DNA of 63,123 nt, filler included, from Octopus bimaculoides (lineage: Eukaryota): the NCBI RefSeq assembly GCF_001194135.2. It is 8 parts of 7 records of this genome, joined end to end, with 100 filler letters (N's around TTAATTAATTAA, not from the genome) between each part and the next. Parts side by side here need not be neighbours in the genome. Positions count along the whole stretch, not along the records: positions 9,587 to 23,985 come from NC_068981.1; 7 more parts are not named here. One strand, written 5' to 3'. Shown in pieces: positions 11,060-22,449 of the stretch. Position 1 is the stretch's first letter; each line of letters opens with the position of its first letter. The position numbers and the translations under genes are program-made. Below the pieces are notes generated by a model that saw only the letters and a program-made list of their open reading frames with translations, made no database searches and was not told where the DNA came from.

Positions 11060-12680
11060 AAAGCTACAACCGCTCTAAACGAACCATACAATAACAATAG
11101 CATCACGAAAACCACACCCTCAACCAAACGTAGACAAATCCACAACACTGCTACCAACAACAACACCCACTCAACCAAAAGAAAATACACGCTGGAGTAG
11201 CACTAGCAGACTGGCACACAAACATAGCATCAAGAAAATACAGCCACCTCAAACTTCTTGCTGATAAGGAGTACGATTGATAAAAAGCTGATGACTTTTA
11301 TCGTACAAAAAGAAAACATCGACACAACGGAAAATGTCTTCAGATCCTGCAATTTCTAAGAGTCTCAAAATTTGAAAATAACAAAGTTGTATTTGAAACA
11401 AACAAAATAGGATGGGGGGATTATTTCCCCCAATAAAGTGGGAAGTCCCAGCGCAATGGTATCTCAAAAGTTCCTGGAAACCGAGTCACTTTGTCTCTGG
11501 GACATCCAAATGTTTAAGTAACTCATTTCCACTTCTCCGTCTTCTTTTTCACCCACATGACAGCTCTGAGAGTGAAGTATATAAATGCATGTGGCATGGA
11601 GTCACCCTGGACACATGGTCACCTGCTCAATAACTTCAGATTACTAGGTTTGGACGTAACAGACATCGGCGAGACCAACACACTCATTTTCGGCGACTTT
11701 AAGATCTTCGCATCTCTAATTCGACTCGGAATTGGGTAGTAGTGCTCTTTCGGAAAGTACTGGATATCAAGATACGGTCGATTTTCCTGGACCCGAACAG
11801 CAAAATAATGATTCTAGACGTGAACGGTAGTGAATATGGCTTGTGCTTTTGTGTTAGTCGCCGTGTATGCCCTGACTGGGGCAGGGCGGCTGGATATCTT
11901 CAGGCATCGAGAAGTGTTCCCAGGAACGCCCCACTCCATAGTGCTGGTAGGGCAATTGGGACGCTATCTTGGATGCACGACTAGATTGTGTGGAGCTAGC
12001 TGAAATAAGAAGGTTGTGTAAAAGCCACACAAGTCTGTTCATTCGTTTTCTGGAATATGCCAATGTGGACATAAGCAAATAGTATCGGGTTATCCAAACC
12101 GTATCTAGAGTACTCTGTAAGTTAGCTGAGAGGGATAGTATAGGTTGTCCAAAATTTAAAGTGGTCGGCTTCACAAATCTCAAATTTGTTATCTATACGA
12201 TCGACTAGATAGGTTGCATAGAAAGTCCTGTCCTTTAGTTTGGCGCTCAATGAAATGTAGGAAACGAGAAGTATCATTGACGGTTTAAGTTTTAGTATGT
12301 CTTCAGAAAGTTAGTTAGATAGAAAATAACAGTACGCATAGACGAAGAGAGGTGGGGAGCACCTCTTACGGATCAAAAGCATGGTACTGCACGGTTCCGA
12401 CAAGTGGTTGTTTACTGTAGCGAGATTGGCACGAGTAAATGAGCCTACTCTAAGTATGCGCATTTGGACTTAAAAGTACGGAGAAGAGGGGAGTACTTAC
12501 CATAGTACTCTTTGTGAGCAGGGTAACTCGGAGTCTATGGGGTTCCTTGGTTGCCCTGGGTGGTTTCCCCAACTATCAGGGAATTTCATTGTTATAATTT
12601 TCGTGTTAATATTTTGTGGTTGTTTACACCTGTCTATGTAAATATCCAGTGTCTGTGATTTTGCAGTGTCATAAATGATT
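11060..12680 (+). mobile_element. Tx1/L1-like LINE, internally deleted (probable ORF1 tail, APE endonuclease, ORF2 C-terminus, 3' UTR)
   Basis: MTALRVKYINACG..GHLLNNFRLLGLDVTDIGET; VLFRKVLDIKIRSIFLDP; VYALTGAG..IVLVG.WDAILDARLDCV; then KWLFTVARLARVNEPTLS* near 12410-12470, matching RWVKVAKIARVDGTALS near 20400. Confidence 0.75.
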
Positions 12681-12686
12681 TCTTTT

Positions 12687-13814
12687 TGTGGCTCCCGTAA
12701 CCAACAAAGAGTATGTAAGAACGACCGTGCGAACTCATAAAAGGAGAAATGGTGACGAATGGAAAAACAGAGGACTCCTTTTATTTAAACGCGTCACACG
12801 GTCGAACACAAAATTATATATCAATGATGATATACAAATAATGTTATACTTCGATAACATTAGTGAATTCGTAAATACCAGTAATGAAGAGACGATAGAA
12901 GGTAACCGTATGAAATGAATAACAGAGATATTTATTATGGCGTTAAAGATGTATGTCTGTGTGTGAGTGTGAATGCGACATATAATAACATAATAAAAGA
13001 CAGGCCGTCGTATAAAGAAAAGAGTGTATGTGAGTGATACATGGATGTGTATGTGAGATATTACAGCAGATAGAAAGAGTCAGTAACACGTGAGCATTTA
13101 TACCAGTTCTTGAGTACACAATAGGATGAGTCTGTATGTGAAAGAAGTTGAGGCGTATGTGTGGCAGTGCTTATCACTAGTTGTGTGTGGGCTTCCATGC
13201 CAGGCCGGAATCTTGAGGACAGACGTTTATCGCAGGCTGTAATTCTTGTCTGTTTATTTATCGTGGTGAAGCTGAGTCACCTAACAGAATCGAAGAGAGA
13301 GATGTGCCGCGGTGGTTTGGATTGGTGTACATAGAAAGTCGTGTTGACGCTGGTGGCGAAAAGGCTGCTTGGTAGTAGTCGTAGAATCGTGTTGCTGATG
13401 TGGCGATGTCGTTGGTGGTCATCGTTGGACGAAGCTGTTATTGTTGTCGCTGGAACAGCTGCTGCTGTCGTGTGGTACACGGAACAGTCTCTATAGAGAA
13501 ACTGAACTGAGACGAATTTGCTGGGTATAATCTAGTCTATTTAAAGCATTCTGGGGGCTCCAAGACCGTAGTAGAAAAACACTATCACGTGACCTTATTA
13601 AGGGCTGTGATTGGTCAGTTTGCGTTCTGGCGGGAAAGGTTCGAAGAATTTGCCGCTTCAAATAATAATCAGTCACGTGATGACAAGGAACGTGTTTTCT
13701 GCTACGCCCGCGCTTGTTTATATTTAAATAAGAAGAATGGCGATAGTAGTTTTGTATCTAATGGCGATAGGTAGTTTTGTATGTAAAGGCGATCGAGGTG
13801 TTAGTTTCACTACA
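12687..13814 (-). mobile_element. Candidate long solo LTR with promoter-like 5' third
   Basis: Minus strand begins TGTAGTG and ends GGGAGCCACA; two CACGTG, a CCAAT, a TTTAAATA and TCAGT motifs in promoter order; AATAAA signals downstream; no TSD match. Confidence 0.45.
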
Positions 13815-13865
13815 AGTATATCATTATTAGTATCCTGGCAGAATCATTAGCACGCTAGACGTGGT

Positions 13866-13937
13866 CCTTCTTCTTCTTCTTCTTCTTCTTCTTCTTCTTC
13901 TTCTCATTATTATCATTATTATTATTATTATTATTAT

Positions 13938-13990
<53 letters not shown>

Positions 13991-14077
13991 NNNNNNNNNN
14001 GCGAGCTGGCAGAACCGTTAGCACGCCGGGAAAAATGCTTAGCGGCATTACGCCTGTTTTTACTTTCTGAGTTCAAG

Positions 14078-14132
<55 letters not shown>
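13866..14132. repeat. Compound (CTT)(ATT)(AGT) and (ATT)n microsatellites around a SINE-B head (14001-14077)
   Basis: Direct reading. Confidence 0.9.
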
Positions 14133-14133
<1 letters not shown>

Positions 14134-14189
14134 CTCTCGGTGCTTGTTTACCTCCCTGTCATCTCTTACTGAGAATTTTTTTTAGAAAT

Positions 14190-14392
14190 CAACGAACTGA
14201 CAGAATCGTTACCACGCCGGTCAAATCGCTTAGCGACATTTCTTCGGGTTTTACGTTCTGAGTTCAGATTCATTGGAGGTCGACTTTGGGGATCGATGAA
14301 ATAACAACCAGTTGAGCGCTGGAGTAGATATACTTGACTTGCCCCTCCTCTCAAAATTTCTGGCCTTGTGCCAAAATTAGAAAGAATTATTA
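14190..14392 (+). mobile_element. SINE family B, degenerate
   Basis: Homology to the 9176 copy; tail GGCCTTGTGCCAAAATTAGAAAGAATTATTA. Confidence 0.8.
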
Positions 14393-14674
14393 TAATTAAC
14401 TTATGGGCTAATTTAAAAGTTCCGTCTGGTTAAACTTTGTCACACGGATTTGATTCCGCCTGAGAATTATGTTAAAAGTATACGTGTCTGCAGAATACTC
14501 AGCCACTTACACGCTAATTCAATGAGTGAGAAGTTTAGTCAATCGAAATCAATGAATGCTAATCTTCGAAACCAACAGAGATCCATCCATTTTACACAAC
14601 TGAAACTGACCTTTTGTGTGCATATTAATATCGTTTGTGCGCGCGCACATGCGCACAGCTTAGTGGGAATATTA

Positions 14675-15143
14675 CATTAATGGGATCTTTTTTAAAACGG
14701 GGGCCACATTTTTCATTAATGTTTTACGTAGTGCTTTTGGTACCGAAAGACTTTCAAACTTCGTATACTTATCTATTTTGTGTTATAGAACAGAAAAATA
14801 TTTTTGTATTCGAATTTATTTCATGTAAAAAATTGTCTTATTTCGATAATTTCAACCAATCACTGACGTCCATTCAGCCGATATACATTAAGTGCCGACT
14901 ACATAAACAAACGATTCTTCGTTTTATTTGCTTTTTTCATTTTAAATTTACTTTAACCCTAACCCTAACCCTAACNNNNNNNNNNGACAACTTTAACATG
15001 GAATAATTTATGGATTTCTTTTTTTTTTAAGAAGACTAAGAGAAAAAGATGTTTTATATGACACATTCTACCAGTGATCCAAGTTTCAAAGTGTTTCGTT
15101 AATGAAAAATGTGGCCCCCGTTTTAAAAAAGATCCCATTAATG
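14675..15143. mobile_element. MITE with perfect 45-bp terminal inverted repeats
   Basis: 14675-14719 is the exact reverse complement of 15099-15143; non-coding interior with (CCCTAA)n near 14955-14975. Confidence 0.9.
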
Positions 15144-15159
15144 CTGGAAGCAATGAGAA

Positions 15160-15590
15160 TCTTATATAATTCTTTCTACTATTAGCACAAGGCCTGAAAT
15201 TCTGGGGAGGTGGCTAGTCGGTTGCATCAACTCCGGTGTTTGACTGGTATTTATTTTATCAACCTCGAAAGGATGAAAAGCATCCTTTGACGAAATTTTG
15301 AACTCAGAATGTTGAGATAAGCATTTCGCCCGGCGTGCTAACCCTTCTGCTAGCTCGTCAACAATCTTATATAATAATGATTTCAGTTTTTGGCACAAGG
15401 TTAGCAATTTCGGGGTAAAGGATAGGTCTATTAAATCAACTCCAGTGCTCAACTAGTACTTATTTTATCGGACCCCAAAGGATGAAAAGCAAAATCAACC
15501 TCGGTAGTATTTGATCTCAGAACGTAAAGACGGATGGAATGTCGCTAAGCATTTTGCTCGGCGTGCTAACGATACTGCCAGCTCGCGATC
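15160..15590 (-). mobile_element. Two tandem SINE family B copies
   Basis: Two reverse-complement heads (GCGTGCTAAC..TGC(C/T)AGCTCG) near 15330-15360 and 15560-15590. Confidence 0.8.
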
Positions 15591-16339
15591 TTTAGAATTT
15601 TATAAAATAATAATTGGTAAATGTTCCGTTAGTTTGTAGTGCTGAATCCCAAATGAATGATTAAAATGTTAAAGGATGGGCCCTATTAGATTGACATGTC
15701 CTAGACACACATAACACAACCAAGTTATGCAATGCTGCTTTGACCTAGTAGGTAAGGCGGGGCGGAATTCTCGTTTCTCATACATCACATAGATCTAACA
15801 TGAATATATATTATTTCAGTCACTTATCTTTTCCACTCCCTATTTCTCCATTTACAGATTTAAAATGCATCTGTGTTCTTCAGTAAATTTGGATATTCAT
15901 CAATCCATTCATCAGTTAATCGATAAACCAGTCATCTAAATCAAATAATCAATCAATAAATAACACAAGCAATAACAAAAAATAATCACGAACCTACGAA
16001 GAAACCTCTCAGTAGTCACTTGCTCTGCTAGAAATAGCAGCCAAATTTTCCTCCCATATTTTTATCAACTTCAAAAAGAATATTAGAGTCCTGAATGAAT
16101 ATATTGGGTACTATAGTCCTGGATGAATATATGGTGCGAAAATGAGATGAACTGGTCATGGCTGGAAGCTTTTGATCTCATGTCTACTTTGTCAGAGCAA
16201 GCTTGGCGCTAAACAAGAATAATCAATAATAAAAGCGATAAGCGGGAACAAAATATTCTTAGAGGGTGCAAACCCAGGCTAAAACATTTTTACAAACAAG
16301 TTTGACATATCAAAACAAACACAACAATAATAACAACAA

Positions 16340-16685
16340 CAACAACAATAATAATAATATGCCATCAAGTAGAGGGATACCGCAGTAAAGGAAGACCCGT
16401 CCTAAGATATAAGGATAAGTTGAAGCAATCAGTAAAATCTCTACAGCTCAATTTGACATCTTGAGAAAGTTATTACGTAAATCGATCTGTATGGCGTAAA
16501 ATGGGTCATGAAGCATGCAAATAATTTGAATTGAAGAAACAGAACAGAAAAAGAATCATATCCTGCAATCAACAAGCACAATCTCAGGCAAAATCAAAAT
16601 CATCAGTGTCTCTATTGTGACTTCATAGCAAAATCCATACCTGAGCTAAAATTACATTCACGCATCCATCGCAAATACACGCAGC
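16340..16685 (+). mobile_element. RTE LINE C-terminal remnant
   Basis: EGYRSKGRPVLRYKDKLKQS..NRSVWRK..HQCLYCDFIAKSIPELKLHSRIH (GRP motif plus C2H2-like finger). Confidence 0.7.
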
Positions 16686-17139
16686 TCCTTTTATTTTTAA
16701 ACATTAAAAAAAATAAATCCTTTCCTTCAGACACTCATCGTTCGAAATCGACAGGAGTGACCATCATTGATAGTATCAGTATTAGAATATTTGTACATCA
16801 ATAAAATCAGACAAGTCCAATAATGGAAAAATAATGTTTCAGATCAGTCCAAAAATGTCTCTACGCTCGTTCGTTTTGGCGATGAAATTTTTAGGGTGAT
16901 GATTAAAGCATTTTCATTGCCCCACCCCCATCCAAAACAAAATTTAAGGGATGCACTTGCACCCCCTGTTCACGAGCCTATGGCGACAAGCGAGGAAACT
17001 GGGAAGAAAAACGGATGAAAGAAGAAAAAAATAAACGAATAAATTAAACATAAAAGATTTGTCCACTCTGCTCACCGTTTCTTTCAATGTGTGTGCGTGC
17101 GTGTGTGTGTGTGTGATGTTCTCTTTTATTTTCAATTAT

Positions 17140-17400
17140 TTAAAATCTTCTTGGAAAGAAAGAGCTGGTTTCTAACAAAGATACAAAACTCCATCGTTAA
17201 AACGTAGATAAAACCAAATTTACAATTAAACTTGAAAAAAGTCTTGTATATATTTACTGTTCCGCTGACAGTTTGTATTTGTAATATACAAGTTATCTGG
17301 TTGATTGCTTTTACTGAAAACCCCAGCTTACCCATATTGTCATTTAGGCATTTACTCACAAAACCAAGTGCACCAATTATTATTGGTATAAATGTGAATT
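17140..17400 (-). mobile_element. RLE-type (R4/Dong-like) LINE 3' end
   Basis: IIIGALGFVSKCLNDNMGKLGFS..LQIQTVSGTVNIYKTFFKF, plus a 3' UTR (GATGGAGTTTTGTATCTTTGTTAGAAACCAGCTC) homologous to 56715-56760. Confidence 0.8.
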
Positions 17401-17620
17401 AATGATCTTGGTATCGAAGCTATGTATGTATGTATGTATATATGTATTCAACATAACCTGGATTACCTAACACAAGCCAGTACTTATTTCTCCTCCGCCA
17501 CTCTGGTTTTCTTTTTCGTCTTCAACAGATTTTTCTTCTATTAAAACTAACTTTCTGAAGAAATACTAAAACTCAAATCGTCAAAGACGCTTCTAACTTC
17601 TCATTGAGCGCTAAATATTA

Positions 17621-18130
17621 TGATATAACGAAGATGGTAAATAAGGAAAATGTAAAAATGAGATACGACTTGAGATGAAACTGAACTGGTAAACGACGAT
17701 TTATTCTCCGTTATAAAATACAATGACTGCCACACATCAAATAAAGTAAATATAACAGGTTACAACAAAGACGTGTGAAAGACTTCGCAGTCAAGCTGGA
17801 CTGTTGATATTGTAGACAAAGTTGACGTACTGTTTGGTGGTGTGTAGAGGCAGCCGTTGGTTTGTTGGTTGTGTAGTGTTCATACAGCAACGATGTAGGC
17901 AGGCGTCTGGTGGAAGTGAAAGCGGAGACTGGCTGGTGTCAGATACATCGTTGTCAGAGACGAGTTGCGTGTGACCAGTGGCGTGTGCCAAAGACTTAGA
18001 GCAATCGAGAACTGTCGTTCTTATAGAGATCAGGAGGCTCCCAGAGCTGGTGATTAATTTCCCGTGTAAGGAAAAACGAGCTGTTGTGCCACCACGAATA
18101 GACGGCTGGAAACCGACCAATACGAACAAC
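17621..18130 (-). mobile_element. Candidate LTR-retrotransposon 3' end (PPT-like tract plus LTR 18032-17621)
   Basis: Minus strand GGGAGCCTCC|TGATCTC ... AATAAA ... CGTTATATCA; TGAT/ATCA termini. Confidence 0.4.
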
Positions 18131-18329
18131 AAGTTCGGCTAATCACAAGGTCATCTGACCTGCTGGAACGAAAAGGCCTGTGCAGCCGATATTCAGATAT
18201 CTAAACCTAAACAACCTCGACAAGGACATCTCACACATAATGGCAGTGTAAATTACTTCTGCTACAATGGTTTATTTTTACCCTATCTTCCGCGTTGTCA
18301 TTCTCCTCGTTCAATTAGAACATTCTGCT

Positions 18330-18900
18330 TTCAAATATAACAACGAGTTCAACTTTACCTTTCACCCTTTTGGGGTCGATAAATTAAAGTACTAGTCAAG
18401 TACTGAGATTTTTTTCATCTCTCAAACTCTGATTTTGAGCCTATATTACAAATAATTATTTAGAGTGGTGGATGAGTAGAATCGCTAGAATGTAGGAAAA
18501 TGCCTTGTACTGTTTCTTCTAGTTCTTCACGTTCTGACTTCAAATCCCACCGAGGTCAGCTTTGTCTTTCTCAGGGGCGATAAAATAAGTGCCAATCAAA
18601 ATAACGGGGTCGATATATATCGATAGCACCCCTCTTTCCAGATTTCAGGTCTCGTATCTACGCTAGAAACAGTTATTATGAGTGTTGTACAAGGCGGTGA
18701 GCTGGGAGAATCTTTGGCGAGTCCGACGAAATGCTTAGCAGCATTTTTTCTGACTCTGTGTTTTAGGCTCAAATTCCGCCGAGGTCAGCTTTGTCTTTCA
18801 ACATTTTGGGGTTGATAAAATAAGTACCAGTTAAGCACTGGGTTGATGTAATTGACTACCTCCCTTCCTGCAAATTTCGGGCCTCGTATCTATACTAATA
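18330..18900 (+). mobile_element. Three head-to-tail SINE family B copies
   Basis: Repeated GGGGTCGATAAA..AAGTAC bodies; heads near 18465 and 18693. Confidence 0.75.
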
Positions 18901-19214
18901 AGTGTTGTAGCTTGTAAACGTCTCTTTGTTTCACTTCAACGAAGACGTTATTTCAAGCATTAAACATTTTTTCTCTCTTTTGGGTTCTTATATGTAAGGA
19001 TTTTAGTTACTTGAGGACGTGGTACCTTTTGGTTATCTCACTCCCATTAAAAAGTTGGGTTATTCCCCACCCCCACCGTTTTAAGAGAAACATCGGTACT
19101 TTTGGTTATCTCCCTCAACTAAAAAAATTGTGTAACCCTCAATAAAACACACACAAAAAATGAAAAAATAAACATTAAAACTGGAAAAATTAAACATCTT
19201 ACTGAATCTGATAA

Positions 19215-20740
19215 CAGTTGGAACAGTTGAAGGGTACCCCTTTCGAACTGCGACACGGGAGGGTAGTTTTGGCGTATGCGGACGACGTCGCCATCTGGTG
19301 TCGGTTGGACGGTCCCAAATCAACGCCGATGGGCTTGCGGCTGGGCATCTAGAGAGGCAGGTCGTTAAACTGCTCGGGATCTGGTTCGGTCTCGACATCC
19401 AGGTGGATAAGAACTGGAACGAGATGACGATCAGAGTGACCAGTCTTGCCCAGAAACAGGCAGAGAGGAAGTGGTTCCTGAAAGGTCGAGCAGAGGAGGT
19501 GAATGCCTATATCGCCTCTGTTATCATTTATCGCCTAACTGTCGTGCCTTGCCCTTGTTACTGCTTGATCAAATTGGAGCGTCTCTTATTTATTATCTTG
19601 CTGAAGGGGCGTGTTGCAATAGTCAGGCGGTTAGTCTGCTGCCAGAACCCTCTGCGTGCCGGCTTAGGCATGCCTTGACTTCTAATGCGCAGACATGCGC
19701 TCAGGTTGCGCCACCTGCAACGATTTCTGGATGTTGAATGTTTGTGGGATCCGTTTGTGAGGCACATATTTCCACAGCTCGTCTCTTTGATAGAGCTGCA
19801 GTCTTGGGTAAAGGATAGACCGAGACGGGGCGCTAGGTGATGGGATTGGTGGATGTTCCACCTTAGAAGTATATAGAGGATTTGTGGCGGGAGGTGTGAC
19901 AATGTTCTCGGGGAGACTATAGGCGTCGACGAAAACGTACTGGCCATTCTGTTCCGGAAGACTTTCCGGTCGGGGCCTACCATGAATAATTTTCAGATGT
20001 CTTTGGCTTGGCAATGCTACCAAGAAATAAACTCTACAGGCACGGATGTGCTTGTCCGAGGTGTGCGCAAAGCGACGAAACTGTTTTGCACGCACTCATT
20101 CAGTGTCCGGGCATTGCTGACTTGTGAAGTTATGTCGAACTGTTGCTGTCGCGTGTGGGACGTATCCAACTATCGGCCGAGTTCATAGTGATGGCCGCTT
20201 TGCCGCCTTCCTTTAATCGGGCAGATAAGACAGTTTTCCTTTACCTCGGAGATGAGGTTGAATGGCATGAGGTCAGAGACATTCCTCTTTGGTAAAGCCC
20301 TCATCAATTTTTTTCAAGTTTCACTTGAAGAAGAAAGTGAGGGTAGAGTGGGAGGTGCTTTCCTCGAATGGATATATTGAAAGGTGGGTAAAAGTTGCAA
20401 AAATAGCAAGAGTGGATGGTACCGCTCTAAGTGTAGACCTGTGTGTCAGAGGACATTTACCCTTTGCGTTCAGGGAGATTTTGGATGGTGGGGTTCCACG
20501 ACTGTCCTTAGATCTTCTTCCGTATCAGGAGAATCAGATGATCTTGATCCTTTTTATTGCAAATGATGTACACTATGTATGTTTTCTTTCTGTTTTATTG
20601 TATACCATGTATACTTTTTATTTTTTATTTAATTCAATTTTTTATATATATAATTTCATTGTATGTAAACCTCACATTTTATATCTGTCGTTGTATTATC
20701 CTCTATCCGTTACTCTGGTGGCAAATAAAAGGAAATCATT
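19215..20740 (+). mobile_element. Tx1/L1-like LINE, RT C-terminal half to 3' UTR
   Basis: AYADDV motif near 19270; VKLLGIWFG..LKGRAEEVNAYIASVIIYRL..GLGMP; zf-RVT-like CPRCAQSDETVLHALIQC near 20050-20110; T-rich 3' UTR ending near AATAAAA. Confidence 0.85.
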
Positions 20741-20759
20741 ATTATTATTACTATTGGAC

Positions 20760-21085
20760 TGGCTGACATTCTTCCAGTGGCGGGCACAAGATGTTTACGG
20801 CATTTCTTCCAGGTCTGTATATTTTGAGTTCAAATTCTGGTCAGAGACATTCCTCTTTTGCCCTTCCTCTTTTCAGGGTCGATAATAAAGTACAAGTACT
20901 GGGGTCGAAGTAATCGACTAATCCCCCCTACCCCTATAAAATTGCTGATCTTGTGCCAAAATTTTAAATATTTATCAAGCTGGCAGATTCGTCAGACTGT
21001 TGGACAAAATATTTTACGGTATTTCTTCTGGCTCATTACGTTCTGAGTTCAAATTCCTCGGGTGTCGACTTTGCCATTCATCCTT
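20760..21085 (+). mobile_element. Two tandem degenerate SINE family B copies
   Basis: TTTTGAGTTCAAATTC and TTCTGAGTTCAAATTCC..GTCGACTTTGCC bodies. Confidence 0.7.
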
Positions 21086-21245
21086 TCTAGTATGAACTTT
21101 TGTTCTATCTATCTATCTAGCTAGCTAACTATCTGTCTGTCTATCTATCTATCTATCTATCTGCCTGTCTATCTGTCTGTCTGCTTGTCTATCTATGTCT
21201 GTCTGTCTCTCTATATATGACTATACATATATGTATATGAACTTA

Positions 21246-21284
<39 letters not shown>

Positions 21285-21287
21285 CTA

Positions 21288-21318
<31 letters not shown>

Positions 21319-21408
21319 CTATGTGTGTGTGTGAACTGTTAATCTCTACACATTTTTTTCTCACTCCGTATTTTTCCATTCTTTCTTCATTTTTTCCCTC
21401 TCTTAATC

Positions 21409-21444
21409 CTTTCTGTCGAAGAGCGTAGGCTCGAAACGTAAAAG
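21409..21444 (+). ncRNA. Minimal hammerhead-like motif with variant core, inside a dispersed repeat (about 21340-21540)
   Basis: CTTT-CTGTCGA-A-GAGC(GTAG)GCTC-GAAA-C-GTA-AAAG. Confidence 0.5.
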
Positions 21445-21557
21445 ACTTCCATTCTTCCTGAGTGTTAAACTAATACACTTGTTTGTTGTTCCTACTACAC
21501 CTGTCTTCGTCTTTTATTTTCTGTAAATTTGAACTATATATATATGTATATGTATAT

Positions 21558-21660
<103 letters not shown>

Positions 21661-22136
21661 TTTAAAGAAGACAGAAAATGGAGAAATATCGATGAACAAT
21701 TGACTTACATCAATTATTATTTATTAATTCAATACAAATAGACTGCATCCCATCTAACAGCTGTTTCTGTTTCCAATGTTGTATGGTATTGCCATTGATA
21801 TGCTAAAATATTTATCATATTTGGTTATAAAACCGATCTGAAACATGGAGCTTCATCAGAGTGAAGAATAAAAATAAGATGGAAAAGTTGAATGTGGTTG
21901 TAATCTCACCATTTTGCTTGCGTAACTCTTTAGGACGTTAAGTAAATTTACTTACACTATTTCAATATTACGTGTCAAAAGTGAAACAATAACATCTCTA
22001 TTGTAATTTGAGATAATACTTTCAGTTTTAATAGTTTCACTGTTAATACTTTCATTATGTGTATAATATATACATAATAAAACTATTATCTTACTTACAT
22101 ATATACATGCATACATTCATGCATGCATACATACAT

Positions 22137-22226
<90 letters not shown>

Positions 22227-22449
22227 GCACATATATATGTATGCATATATATAGATGTATATGTATAGATGTATATGCATTGATGTATACGTATAAGGGA
22301 AATTTTAGAAGGAACAAATCCAGGCAATCAAATAGAAATTTACAGCATAATTTTAAACACACAACGAAATAAATATACATATAAATTCATAAATCAGTGA
22401 ACGAAATTACATGTAAAAGTCATATGTGAAAACTATGCATCATGTACGT

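Noticed and set aside
14955-14975. Telomere or chromosome fusion site
   Set aside because: Only about 3 visible units, inside a MITE.
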